A model generated the notes under the pieces. It saw only the letters and a list, made by a program, of their open reading frames with translations, made no database searches and was not told the origin of the DNA. From contig JAWVEN010000004.1 of NCBI GenBank assembly GCA_033856675.1, positions 233,653-297,652 of the forward strand: 64,000 bases of DNA, given 5' to 3'. This stretch comes from Gaiellales bacterium (lineage in GTDB: Bacteria; Actinomycetota; Thermoleophilia; Gaiellales; JAICJC01). Of this stretch, positions 39,188 to 47,429 are shown piece after piece. Each line of letters begins with the position of its first letter. Position 1 is the stretch's first letter. The position numbers and the translations under genes were made by a program.

Positions 39188-40810
39188 ATGTCGGCCGAAT
39201 CCCCGCCCGACGGCGGCACCCAGGTGTTCACCCGCAAAGCGACGGGCCTGCGACGCGAGGCATCCACCGCGGACGTCTTCATCTACAACACGAACAACCA
39301 GAACATCGGCATCGGCGTCGCCTTCGTCGTGCTGCTCGTCCCCGCGCTGTACGTCGGAGGCAGCATGGTGACCGCGACGATCCTGGCCGGGCTTCTGGCC
39401 CTGCCGATGGCGGCCGTCTACGCCTACTTCGCGGCTGCCATGCCCCGCTCCGGCGGCGACTACGTCTACATCGGACGCACGCTTCACCCGTTTCTCGGCT
39501 TCCTCGCGTCCTGGAACTGGGTCGTCTGGCTGATCACCTACAGCGGTATCCCGGCGGCGTATCTCGCGCAGTACGGGCTCTCCGGCCTGTGCCGGGAGCT
39601 GGGCTACGTGTTCGACAGCCCGACCCTGGTCGGCTACGGCGAGGATTTCACGCGCAAGTGGTGGGTGTTCGTCGCCGGGTCGCTGCTGCTGATCTTCTTC
39701 GCCATTGTCTTTTCGATCGGGACGCGCCTGTACTTCCGCATTCAGAACACGACCTTTGCGATCGCGTTTCTCGGAGTCGTGGTCGGCATCGCCATCCTGG
39801 CGGTGAAGGGGCACTCCGAGACGCAGCAGTCGTTCAACGGGTATATCAGCGGCATCGGCGGCGTGGACAACGCGACCGGGAGTCTCTCGAAGTACTCGGA
39901 GAACCTCCAGCAGGCGGGATTCGACCTCAAGCAGACGCTGTACGCGATGGTCTGGCCGCTCTTCATCACGCTCTATGCGATCACGTCGAGCTTTATCGGC
40001 GGCGAGATGCGAAATGCCCGCCGTAGCCAGTTCCTGGCCATGCCCGGCTCGGTCGTCTTCGTCACCGTGCTGATGCTGCTGCTGCTCGTCGGCCTCGGTC
40101 ACGCCGCGGGTACGACGTTCCTGGGACAGCTCGGGTATCCGCTGCCGGCGGACGTGCCGGGTGTGCTCGGGATCTCGTCGATCCCCACGTACAACGAGCT
40201 GATCGCGTCGATGGTCCGCGATCAGGGATGGCTGGTCGTTCTGCTGGGCGTCGGGTTCGTGTTCTGGACGTACGTCTGGTTGCCGATCAACTTCCTGGCC
40301 GCGACGCGGGCGTTCCTGGCCTGGGCCTTCGACGGGCTCCTGCCGCGGCAGCTCGCGCATGTGAACGAGCGGTTCCACACGCCGGTCGTGGCGATCGTCG
40401 TGACGTGGATCCTGTCGGAGATCTGTCTGTATCTGTACGTGGACGGCATCTTCAACACGCTGAACGGGATCTGGGCGTGGATCTGGTCGTTCGTGCTCTG
40501 CTCCATCGCGGCGATGGTGTTCCCGTACCGGCGGCGTGAGCTGTGGCGTTCATCGCCGTACAACGGCTCCACCTTTGGCATCCCGAACATCACGCTGCTC
40601 GGCGCGCTCTCGACCGCGTGCCTCCTGTTCTGTCAGTACTGGTTCTGGACCGATCCGATCCAGGGCTACGACTCGTGGGGCACCACGCTTCGCTGGGTGA
40701 TGGCGCTGATCATCCCGTCAGCCATCGTGGTGTACTTGCTGGCGACGTTCGCCAGTCGACGCTCCGGCGTGCCGCTGGAGAAGGCATTCGCCGAGATCCC
40801 GCCGGAATGA
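39188..40810 (+). CDS. APC-family amino acid/polyamine permease (second)
   Basis: FTRKATGLRRE, AMPRSGGDYVY, FAEIPPE; paralog of 34274..35872. Confidence 0.9.
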   Translation: MSAESPPDGGTQVFTRKATGLRREASTADVFIYNTNNQNIGIGVAFVVLLVPALYVGGSMVTATILAGLLALPMAAVYAYFAAAMPRSGGDYVYIGRTLHPFLGFLASWNWVVWLITYSGIPAAYLAQYGLSGLCRELGYVFDSPTLVGYGEDFTRKWWVFVAGSLLLIFFAIVFSIGTRLYFRIQNTTFAIAFLGVVVGIAILAVKGHSETQQSFNGYISGIGGVDNATGSLSKYSENLQQAGFDLKQTLYAMVWPLFITLYAITSSFIGGEMRNARRSQFLAMPGSVVFVTVLMLLLLVGLGHAAGTTFLGQLGYPLPADVPGVLGISSIPTYNELIASMVRDQGWLVVLLGVGFVFWTYVWLPINFLAATRAFLAWAFDGLLPRQLAHVNERFHTPVVAIVVTWILSEICLYLYVDGIFNTLNGIWAWIWSFVLCSIAAMVFPYRRRELWRSSPYNGSTFGIPNITLLGALSTACLLFCQYWFWTDPIQGYDSWGTTLRWVMALIIPSAIVVYLLATFASRRSGVPLEKAFAEIPPE

Positions 40811-40823
40811 GAGAGGAGACGCG

Positions 40824-41798
40824 ATGAGCTCGATCGCTGCACAGCAGACCCGTCAGGGGTGGCACTCCGTCCTTGTGGGCGGTATCGCGACCTTCCTCGG
40901 CGCGCCGCTCGTCGATCCGACGGCGGATGCGATCCGCCAGGCGGGTGCCAGGGTGGCGTTCGTCGGTATGCCGTTCGACTCCACCACGATCGCCCGTCCC
41001 GGCGCACAGCTCGGGCCGCGGGCGGTGCGGGACTGGTCAAGCCATCTGCTGTCATATCACGGCGAGTACGACATCGACCTGTTCGAGGCGCTCGGCCTGG
41101 TCGACATCGGTGACGTTGCGGTGATCCCCGCCAATGCGCCAAAGACGGTCGACCTCGTGGCCGAGGCGATGGGTGAGGCGCTTCGAGCCGGGGCCATGCC
41201 GCTGCTGTGCGGCGGCGAGCACATCACGACCATCGGCGGGTCGATGGCCGTCGACCGGCACGCGCCCGGCCGGTATGGGCTGATCCTGATCGACACGCAC
41301 CTCGACACGGCGCCGCACGTCGGCGGCGAGACCATCAACCACTGCTGCCCGATCACCCGGGCGATGGAGCTCGACTCGTTCGACCCGGCCGCGTGCGTGA
41401 TCATCGGGGCGCACGGGGCGATGAACCCGAAGAGCGAGTACGCCTACGTGCGGGAGGCGGGCGTGACGGTGTTCCATGTGTCCGACGTCGACCGCATGGG
41501 CGCCCGGGCCGTCGCCGAGAAAGCGGCAGAGATCGCCTCCGCCGGGACGGACGGGGTGTACTTCTCGTTCGACGTCGACAGCCTCGACAGCTCCGTCGCG
41601 CCCGGCACGTGCGTGCCGACGATGGGCGGCCTGACCTCGCGTGAGGCACTCGCCATGGTGGCCGTGATCGGCCGCACCGACCTGGTCGCGATGGACGTGA
41701 CCGAGATCGCTCCCGCGTACGACAACGGGCAGTCGGCGATCGCCGCGTGCCAGGTGATCGTCGACACGCTGGCGGCCTACGCCGACTCGCACCGATGA
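40824..41798 (+). CDS. Divergent ureohydrolase (arginase/agmatinase family)
   Basis: GMPFD, GGEH, DTHLD, NHCCP, SFDVD, APGT, TEIAP. Confidence 0.88.
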   Translation: MSSIAAQQTRQGWHSVLVGGIATFLGAPLVDPTADAIRQAGARVAFVGMPFDSTTIARPGAQLGPRAVRDWSSHLLSYHGEYDIDLFEALGLVDIGDVAVIPANAPKTVDLVAEAMGEALRAGAMPLLCGGEHITTIGGSMAVDRHAPGRYGLILIDTHLDTAPHVGGETINHCCPITRAMELDSFDPAACVIIGAHGAMNPKSEYAYVREAGVTVFHVSDVDRMGARAVAEKAAEIASAGTDGVYFSFDVDSLDSSVAPGTCVPTMGGLTSREALAMVAVIGRTDLVAMDVTEIAPAYDNGQSAIAACQVIVDTLAAYADSHR

Positions 41799-42388
41799 GC
41801 ACCGTGCGCATCCGCGTCCCGGCCCGCGAGGGCCGGGGCGTTCGCGTGCCGGCCGGCTCACGGTTCCGGGTGATCGATCCCGAGGGCGGACAGGTGGGCG
41901 ACCTGTTTGCCTTCTGCGCCGACGACGTCTCGGAGTACGCCAGCGCCGAGCACACCCGCGCGCATAACAGCCGCCTCTTCCCTGTCGTCGGCGAGTCGTT
42001 CGTGACCAATCGCCGGCGCCCGATTCTGCGCCTGGTGGCAGACGATTCACCTGGCATCCACGACCTGCTCTGCGCCGCCTGCGACCCGTCCCGGTACGAA
42101 GGGCTCGGTGTCGAGGGCTGGCACGCGTCGTGCCAGGAGAACCTGCGGGCGGCGATGGCCGAACATGGCCACGGCGACGTCGAGGTGCCCCAGCCGATCA
42201 ACCTGTTCATGAACATCCCGGTGCGCCCCGACGGAACGCTCGGCTGGGAGCCGGCGCAGACAAAGGCGGGCGACTCGGTCACCTTCGAGGCGGAGGTGGA
42301 CGTGGTCGTGGTGCTGTCGGCCTGTCCGCAGGATCTGGTGCCGATCAACCGAGGGGAGCCCGGGCCGCTGGAGATCGAGCTGGTTTGA
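41795..42388 (+). CDS. DUF1989 / urea-carboxylase-associated family protein
   Basis: DPEGGQVGD, HDLLCAAC, CQENL, PINLFMN, SACPQD. Confidence 0.88.
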   Translation: MSTVRIRVPAREGRGVRVPAGSRFRVIDPEGGQVGDLFAFCADDVSEYASAEHTRAHNSRLFPVVGESFVTNRRRPILRLVADDSPGIHDLLCAACDPSRYEGLGVEGWHASCQENLRAAMAEHGHGDVEVPQPINLFMNIPVRPDGTLGWEPAQTKAGDSVTFEAEVDVVVVLSACPQDLVPINRGEPGPLEIELV

Positions 42389-42468
42389 AAGCCGCGCCTG
42401 CCCGTGCGCCGACCCTGAAGGCGTATGCTCGCTGCTTCTCATGGGATCGCACCCGAAAGGAGTCGGGC

Positions 42469-42618
42469 ATGGAACACGATGACCGCACTGAGTCAGACCG
42501 GTCCGAAACGGAAGCGGAGCGAAGGGATCGACTCGCAAGTCAGTCTCCAACCACGCCTCCCCCGGCACCACCGAGCCCTTCGCTGTGGGAGCGGATAAAG
42601 TCAGCCATCGGCCGCTAG
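42469..42618 (+). CDS. Small hypothetical protein (49 aa)
   Basis: AAGGAG RBS, ATG; ends SLWERIKSAIGR (amphipathic tail). Confidence 0.45.
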   Translation: MEHDDRTESDRSETEAERRDRLASQSPTTPPPAPPSPSLWERIKSAIGR

Positions 42619-42767
42619 CGTGCTACGGCATGGACCCCGCCGCTGTCGCTCTCGGCCGCAAGTGAAAAAAAGGGGTCAGACCCCTTTTTTTGGGCACCGA
42701 TATACTTGACGCACCCGGGCGGCGGCTATGATCCGGGCGCGTACTGCCAGCCATGAAGGAGGCGCCG

Positions 42768-42932
42768 GTGAAGCGCGAAACGGCCGATCAGCGGCAGACC
42801 GAGAGCGAGCCGTCAAACGGGTCTGGGCCGGACGACCCGGAGAATCCCGAGTTCGACCGCTTCGAGGCATTGCTCAAGAGGCTCGTCTCGGTTCCGAAGA
42901 AGGAGCTGGACGAGAAGCGGAACGGCGGCTAG
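42768..42932 (+). CDS. Small IS-internal protein (54 aa), absent from the ORF track
   Basis: GAAGGAGG RBS + GTG; MKRETADQ..EFDRFEALLKRLVSVPKKELDEKRNGG. Confidence 0.7.
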   Translation: MKRETADQRQTESEPSNGSGPDDPENPEFDRFEALLKRLVSVPKKELDEKRNGG

Positions 42933-43001
42933 AGCCGCAGGAAACCGCGAGTGGACGCCGAATTAGGCGGCTGGTACCCTTAACGGGTGTTGTGGCGGAG
43001 C

Positions 43002-43029
43002 GACGCGGCGGCGAACCAGCCGCCGCGTC
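43002..43029. terminator. Stem-loop between the convergent IS passenger genes
   Basis: GACGCGGCGGC-GAACCA-GCCGCCGCGTC perfect 11-bp stem. Confidence 0.6.
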
Positions 43030-43519
43030 ACTCCCGTGTTCCCGGCCCGAGGAGCGAGACAAGCTCTCCCGGTTCATGGGCCGGAACCTGGTTCGCCCCT
43101 TTGGGCGTAAGCCGGTAGCCCCTCTTCTTGCCAAGGTAGTCGACCATGCCGAGATCGCGCATCGAGCGCAGAGCAGCGGACGTGGCGGTCACCGACTTGC
43201 CCATGGATTGTGCAAGGTTGGTGACGCGGTGGACTTCTCCATCGGCCATGAGGGATGCGATCTGCTGGCGGGTGCTACCCCTGCGGGTCCCGCGACCGTT
43301 GTTGTAGTCGACCGAGGTCTTGACCTCCCAGGCGGACAATCCACCGCCGGAATCGACCGTCACGATGTCGACCTGGCGAAGCTGATCCCTGTGCCGATCG
43401 AGAAGCTTGGTCATGGTGGTCAAGTAGTCGAACATGAACCTCGTCTCGGGGTCGAGGCGTGCGAGAAACGCCGACCTTACCGAGTCGACTTCCCGCTGCA
43501 GGTGATGCACCGTGACCAC
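43028..43519 (-). CDS. IS passenger protein with C-terminal winged helix and a PD-(D/E)xK-like segment
   Basis: TAAGCT 7 nt before GTG; VDIVTVD..WEVKT; LAQSMGKSVTATSAALRSMRDLGMV..GYRLTPKG wHTH. Confidence 0.65.
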   Translation of the reverse strand: MVTVHHLQREVDSVRSAFLARLDPETRFMFDYLTTMTKLLDRHRDQLRQVDIVTVDSGGGLSAWEVKTSVDYNNGRGTRRGSTRQQIASLMADGEVHRVTNLAQSMGKSVTATSAALRSMRDLGMVDYLGKKRGYRLTPKGANQVPAHEPGELVSLLGPGTRE

Positions 43520-43579
43520 GCCAAAGAGCTTACCAGATGGCGTGGAGGGAATCCAGGAATTTGGCGTGGCGTGGTTTGG

Positions 43580-44506
43580 CTATGCGTGGCCAGTGAGTTC
43601 GAGGTACGTCAGACGGCGACCTGTGACGGCTCGCAGAACGGCCTCGAAGCGTCCGTAGTCGTCCAGTTCTCGAAGGTTGTAGGTGAACAGCCGCTCGTCC
43701 AGATACCGGAACAGGTGGAACGGCTCGACACCGACGTAGGTGCCGTGCAAGCCGCGCTTGAGCAGCGCCCAGAAGTTCTCGACGCCGTTCACGTGTGCGT
43801 TCTGGGAGACGTACTTCTCGGCGTGATCGATAGTCTCATGCTGGAAATCGCCGGCAAGCCCGGTGTAGCCCTTGTACTCATCGGTGTAAACGCGGGTGCC
43901 CGGAGCGACGTGCTGTCGCACGGTCGACTCCAAGGTGGGCTTGGCCCGATCTGGCACAACCTGTGCCCGCATCTCTCCGTCGCGCTGGCGGACGCCCATC
44001 ACGACCGTCTTGCCAGTTTGTCCACGGCCCTTGATCTTGCGGGCGCGAACGTCGGCGTGCATGTTGCGGGCGCGGCCACCGATGAACGTCTCATCGACCT
44101 CTACCGCTCCGTCCAGCTTCTCGAAGCTCCCGGTCTGCATGGCAAGGCGGACCCGGTGAAGCATGAACCACGCGGACTTCTGAGTGGTGCCGAGTGCCCG
44201 CCCAAGTTCGTGCGACGAGATGCCGTTCTTGGAGTTCGCGGCGAGCCACACGGCGGGAAGCCACTTGTCCAGGCCGAGCGCGGAGTCCTCGAAGATCGTG
44301 CCGAGCTTGACGCTGTACTGCCGCTTGCAGGCCTTGCACTTCCAGATTCGACGCGTCTGGAGGTAGGAGTGATCGAGCGATCCGCAGCGCGGGCACATAG
44401 GGCCGTGCTGCCAGCGGATCGATGCGAAGTACTCGGTGCAAACGTCCAAGTCGGAGAAGTACCGGACGGCTTCCAGGAGCGTTTCGGGGAGTTTCTTCGA
44501 CTTCAT
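43580..44506 (-). CDS. IS1595-family (ISXO2-like DDE) transposase
   Basis: Zn ribbon CPRC..CKAC, GTIFEDS, KNGISS, VEVDETFIGG, YTDE, HVNGVENFW, YLDE..YN. Confidence 0.96.
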   Translation of the reverse strand: MKSKKLPETLLEAVRYFSDLDVCTEYFASIRWQHGPMCPRCGSLDHSYLQTRRIWKCKACKRQYSVKLGTIFEDSALGLDKWLPAVWLAANSKNGISSHELGRALGTTQKSAWFMLHRVRLAMQTGSFEKLDGAVEVDETFIGGRARNMHADVRARKIKGRGQTGKTVVMGVRQRDGEMRAQVVPDRAKPTLESTVRQHVAPGTRVYTDEYKGYTGLAGDFQHETIDHAEKYVSQNAHVNGVENFWALLKRGLHGTYVGVEPFHLFRYLDERLFTYNLRELDDYGRFEAVLRAVTGRRLTYLELTGHA

Positions 44507-44513
44507 ACGGGTG

Positions 44514-44542
44514 AGTCTACTACGTCACCATGGGTGTGTCAA
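44514..44542 (-). promoter_or_regulatory. sigma70-type promoter of the transposase (leaderless), -35 inside the terminal repeat
   Basis: TTGACA-17 nt-TAGACT, 7 nt before the ATG at 44506. Confidence 0.75.
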
Positions 44543-44570
44543 GTATATCGGTGCCCTTTTTTTCATGAAG

Positions 44571-46040
44571 CTACTCCTGCTGCTTCGGCTCCGCGCCCCA
44601 CGCCGCAAGCCGCTCCATCACTTCCTGCTGGACCTCTCCGCGGGCGATGATGTACAGGCGGTCGCCGGGCTGGATGACGGTGCTGCCGCGCGGCGGGATG
44701 GCCTCGTCGCCGCGGATGATGACGGCCACCAGCGCCCCCTCGGGGAGCCGAAGCTCGCGCACGGGCGTGCCGGCAACGTCGTCGTCTTCCTGGACGACGT
44801 ACTCCAGCGCGTCGCTTCCCATGCTGCGCATCACGTGGGGGTCGATCGGAGCGTTGTGGTGCAGCGGCCGGTCCTCGGCCAGGCCGAGCCGCTCGGCCAC
44901 CCATGACAGCGTCGTTCCCTGGAGCAGCACGGAGACGAGCACCACGAAGAAGACCGCGTTGAAGATCGTCTCGCTCTCGACCAGGCCTTCGGAGAGCGGA
45001 AAGGTGGCGAGGACGATCGGGACCGCGCCTCGCAGGCCTGCCCAGCTCAGCAGGGCACGTTCCTGCATCGAGAACGAGAACCCGAGGGTCGAGATCGCGA
45101 CTGCGAGCGGACGTGCCACCAGCGTCAGCACGGCTGCCAGAATCACGCCGGAAACGATCACGCCGATGAGGTCGCTGGGGAACACGAGCAGCCCGAGCAC
45201 GATGAAGAGGACGATCTGCGACAGGAACGCGATGCCCTCGTGAAATGACGCGACCGTCCCTCTGTGAGGGCTCGTTGCGTTGCCGAACAGGACACCGACG
45301 AGATAGACCGCAAGGAACCCGCTGCCGCCGACGATCGCCGCCGCACCGAAGCCGACCGCAGCGCACGCGAGCGAGAAGATGGGCGCGAACGGCGCGAGCC
45401 GCTCAGGCAGGCGCGCGAACGCCCATGCCGCGGCAACGCCGATTACGACGCCGAACACGAGGCCGATACCGAGCTGCTGAACCAGCAGCAGCGCCATGTC
45501 CCAAGCCCCGTAGTCGGGCTCGGACACCCATGAGATGAGGCCGAGCGTCAACGCCACGGCCATCGGATCGTTGATGCCCGACTCGGCCTCCAGCGCTGCT
45601 CCCAGCCGCGGCCGCACGCCGGTTTGGCGGAGTGTCGCGAACACCGCAGCGGCGTCGGTCGACCCGACCACGGCTCCGAGCAGCAGCCCCTCCGACCATG
45701 ACAGGTCGAAGAGCACACGAGCCGCCGCCCCGATCACGACCGCTGTGACCACCACGCCCACAGTTCCCAGCAGTACCGCCGGCACGGCCACCGGGCGGGT
45801 GTCGGAGATGCGCGTCGTCAGGCCGCCCTCGAACAGGATCGCGACGAGACAGATGACCCCGATCTCCCGGGCGAGTCCCGCGTCGGAGAACTCGATGCCG
45901 CCCACCCCGTCCGATCCGAGCAGCATGCCGAGTCCGAGAAACGCGACGAGGGTGGGGACGCTGATCCGGCTGGCTGCCCAGGCAGCGCCGACCGCGAGGA
46001 ACAAAAGGCCGCCTGTGACGAGCAGCAGTTCGTCTTCCAA
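44571..46040 (-). CDS. K+/H+ antiporter (CvrA/NhaP2 family) with TrkA-C domain
   Basis: ILFEGGL, STDAAAVF, EAESGINDP, WAGLRGAVPIVLA; C-terminal PPRGSTVIQPGD. Confidence 0.93.
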   Translation of the reverse strand: MEDELLLVTGGLLFLAVGAAWAASRISVPTLVAFLGLGMLLGSDGVGGIEFSDAGLAREIGVICLVAILFEGGLTTRISDTRPVAVPAVLLGTVGVVVTAVVIGAAARVLFDLSWSEGLLLGAVVGSTDAAAVFATLRQTGVRPRLGAALEAESGINDPMAVALTLGLISWVSEPDYGAWDMALLLVQQLGIGLVFGVVIGVAAAWAFARLPERLAPFAPIFSLACAAVGFGAAAIVGGSGFLAVYLVGVLFGNATSPHRGTVASFHEGIAFLSQIVLFIVLGLLVFPSDLIGVIVSGVILAAVLTLVARPLAVAISTLGFSFSMQERALLSWAGLRGAVPIVLATFPLSEGLVESETIFNAVFFVVLVSVLLQGTTLSWVAERLGLAEDRPLHHNAPIDPHVMRSMGSDALEYVVQEDDDVAGTPVRELRLPEGALVAVIIRGDEAIPPRGSTVIQPGDRLYIIARGEVQQEVMERLAAWGAEPKQQE

Positions 46041-46145
46041 GCTGGCCTCCGTCGTCGCTGCCGGCGGCGGGTGAGCTCGCCCTGTCGGCGGTCAGTCTAA
46101 CCCTGAGGAGTCGAGGCTAAGGCAGGTTCAGCCCGGTTAAACGCG

Positions 46146-46183
46146 CTGCACGTACCCGCGACGGGTGTCGCGGGTACGTGCAG
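46146..46183. terminator. Perfect 17-bp hairpin after the repeat-protein gene
   Basis: CTGCACGTACCCGCGAC-GGGT-GTCGCGGGTACGTGCAG. Confidence 0.7.
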
Positions 46184-46194
46184 TGGAGCCGGCT

Positions 46195-47223
46195 TTATGC
46201 CGGACGCGGTGCGTCCGGGCGCCTGGTCGCTGCGAATCCTGCGGCTGCGATGGCGAGTGCTGCCCCGCCGCCGATCAGGAGTGCATCGGTCGGGTCGATT
46301 CCACTCGAACCCGGGGTGGACGTGGCGATCGGCTGCGTCGCCGGAGCTGTTGCTCCCTGGGGGAGCGCCCCGCCGGTGACGACGGCCGGAGGTTGAGCAG
46401 CCGCTGCCGACTGCTGCGCTGCGGAGACCGCCCCGCCGGTAAGGACGGCCGGTGCGATGTCGCCGGGCCCTGATCCAACGGCCTGGTCGGCTGCCGCAGT
46501 CGCTCCGCCCGTGAGGACGGCCGGTGCGATCATGCCGGGCCCGGAGGCGACGGCCTGGTCGGCTGCTGCGGTTGCGCCGCCGGTGAGGACGGCCGGTGCG
46601 GTGGTCGAGGCGACAGCCTGGTCGGCTGCCGCAGTCGCTCCGCCCGTGAGGACGGCCGGTGCGACCATGCCGGGCCCGGAGGCGACGGCCTGATCCGCTG
46701 CTGCGGTTGCGCCGCCGGTGAGCACCGCCGGAGCGACCTGCGCCGCCGAGACGATGTCCGCGCTCACGGCGCCGCCCACGAGCACTGCCGGTGCAGGCTG
46801 CGATACCGCTGCAGTGCCTGCGCCTCCGCTGTCGGGCATCGCCTGCGCCATTGTGGGGGCCACAGCCGCCGTGCCGACGAGCACGGTGAAGATCAGCGCT
46901 TTCTGACGAAGGCCATGCGCCTCCACATCAGCGTCGATGTCCAGAGCCTGCTCGAGCTGTTCGCGGTCGAACGAGAGCGTCAGCTCGTCATTCGAATCCG
47001 CATCGAGCAGCCTCTCCAGCTCCTCGCGCGTCCACACCACCGACAGCGTGTGGGCCTGGACGTCGGGCCCCTCGCCCCGGTGGATGTCGAGCATCAGCTC
47101 GGCTTGGTCAGAACGAGCAGCTTGCTCGATCTCCGTTCGGGACAGCACCGCCGTTACGGTGCGGTCCCCCATCTCGGATGGTGCCGACTCTGCGAGCCTG
47201 ACACCGTACGGCGTCGTGGCCAT
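46195..47223 (-). CDS. Hypothetical protein: acidic N-domain, internal signal-like helix, PAVLTGG repeats, C-terminal TM anchor
   Basis: RBS GAAGGGAG; seven PAV(L/V)(T/V)GGA units; ends LLIGGGAALAIAAAGFAATRRP. Confidence 0.8.
   Translation of the reverse strand: MATTPYGVRLAESAPSEMGDRTVTAVLSRTEIEQAARSDQAELMLDIHRGEGPDVQAHTLSVVWTREELERLLDADSNDELTLSFDREQLEQALDIDADVEAHGLRQKALIFTVLVGTAAVAPTMAQAMPDSGGAGTAAVSQPAPAVLVGGAVSADIVSAAQVAPAVLTGGATAAADQAVASGPGMVAPAVLTGGATAAADQAVASTTAPAVLTGGATAAADQAVASGPGMIAPAVLTGGATAAADQAVGSGPGDIAPAVLTGGAVSAAQQSAAAAQPPAVVTGGALPQGATAPATQPIATSTPGSSGIDPTDALLIGGGAALAIAAAGFAATRRPDAPRPA
46367..46796 (-). repeat. Intragenic tandem repeats (about 60-72 bp units) encoding APAVLTGGATAAADQAVAS
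   Basis: Recurring GAGGACGGCCGGTGCG / GCCTGGTCGGCTGC blocks on the + strand. Confidence 0.9.
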
Positions 47224-47429
47224 ACTGCTCCCTTCCTCGAGCGCCCCCCGACTAAGGGCGTGCCTTCACTCGACGGGCTCGGTCAGGCTGATCTTCCAAC
47301 GTTGCAACAGAAATTACAAATTCGCCTGGTGGTTGCTCGTGGCAAGCGACGCAACGGTGTAGGCGGCACGGGTAGCCTGAGTGGTGCCCCTTGCGAGGCG
47401 GACCCCGTCCGCCGCGGTGGGCTGCGCTC

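Larger units (their letters stand above)
42692..44556 (-). mobile_element. IS1595-family insertion sequence with passenger genes (~1.87 kb)
   Basis: 25-bp terminal inverted repeats GGGCACCGATATACTTGAC(G/A)CACCC at 42692-42716 and 44532-44556 (24/25 identical); T7 tract duplicated on both flanks; transposase inside. Confidence 0.95.

Noticed and set aside
42728-44650. 640-aa + strand ORF
   Set aside because: Antisense shadow of the IS1595 transposase and cargo gene; no recognisable motifs.
46367-46796. CRISPR array
   Set aside because: Repeats are in-frame, vary at synonymous positions, have no unique spacers, and no cas genes are present.
47224-47429. Riboswitch or sRNA in the AT-richer divergent intergenic region
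   Set aside because: Short GC stems and promoter-like tracts only; no consensus could be supported without a covariance search.
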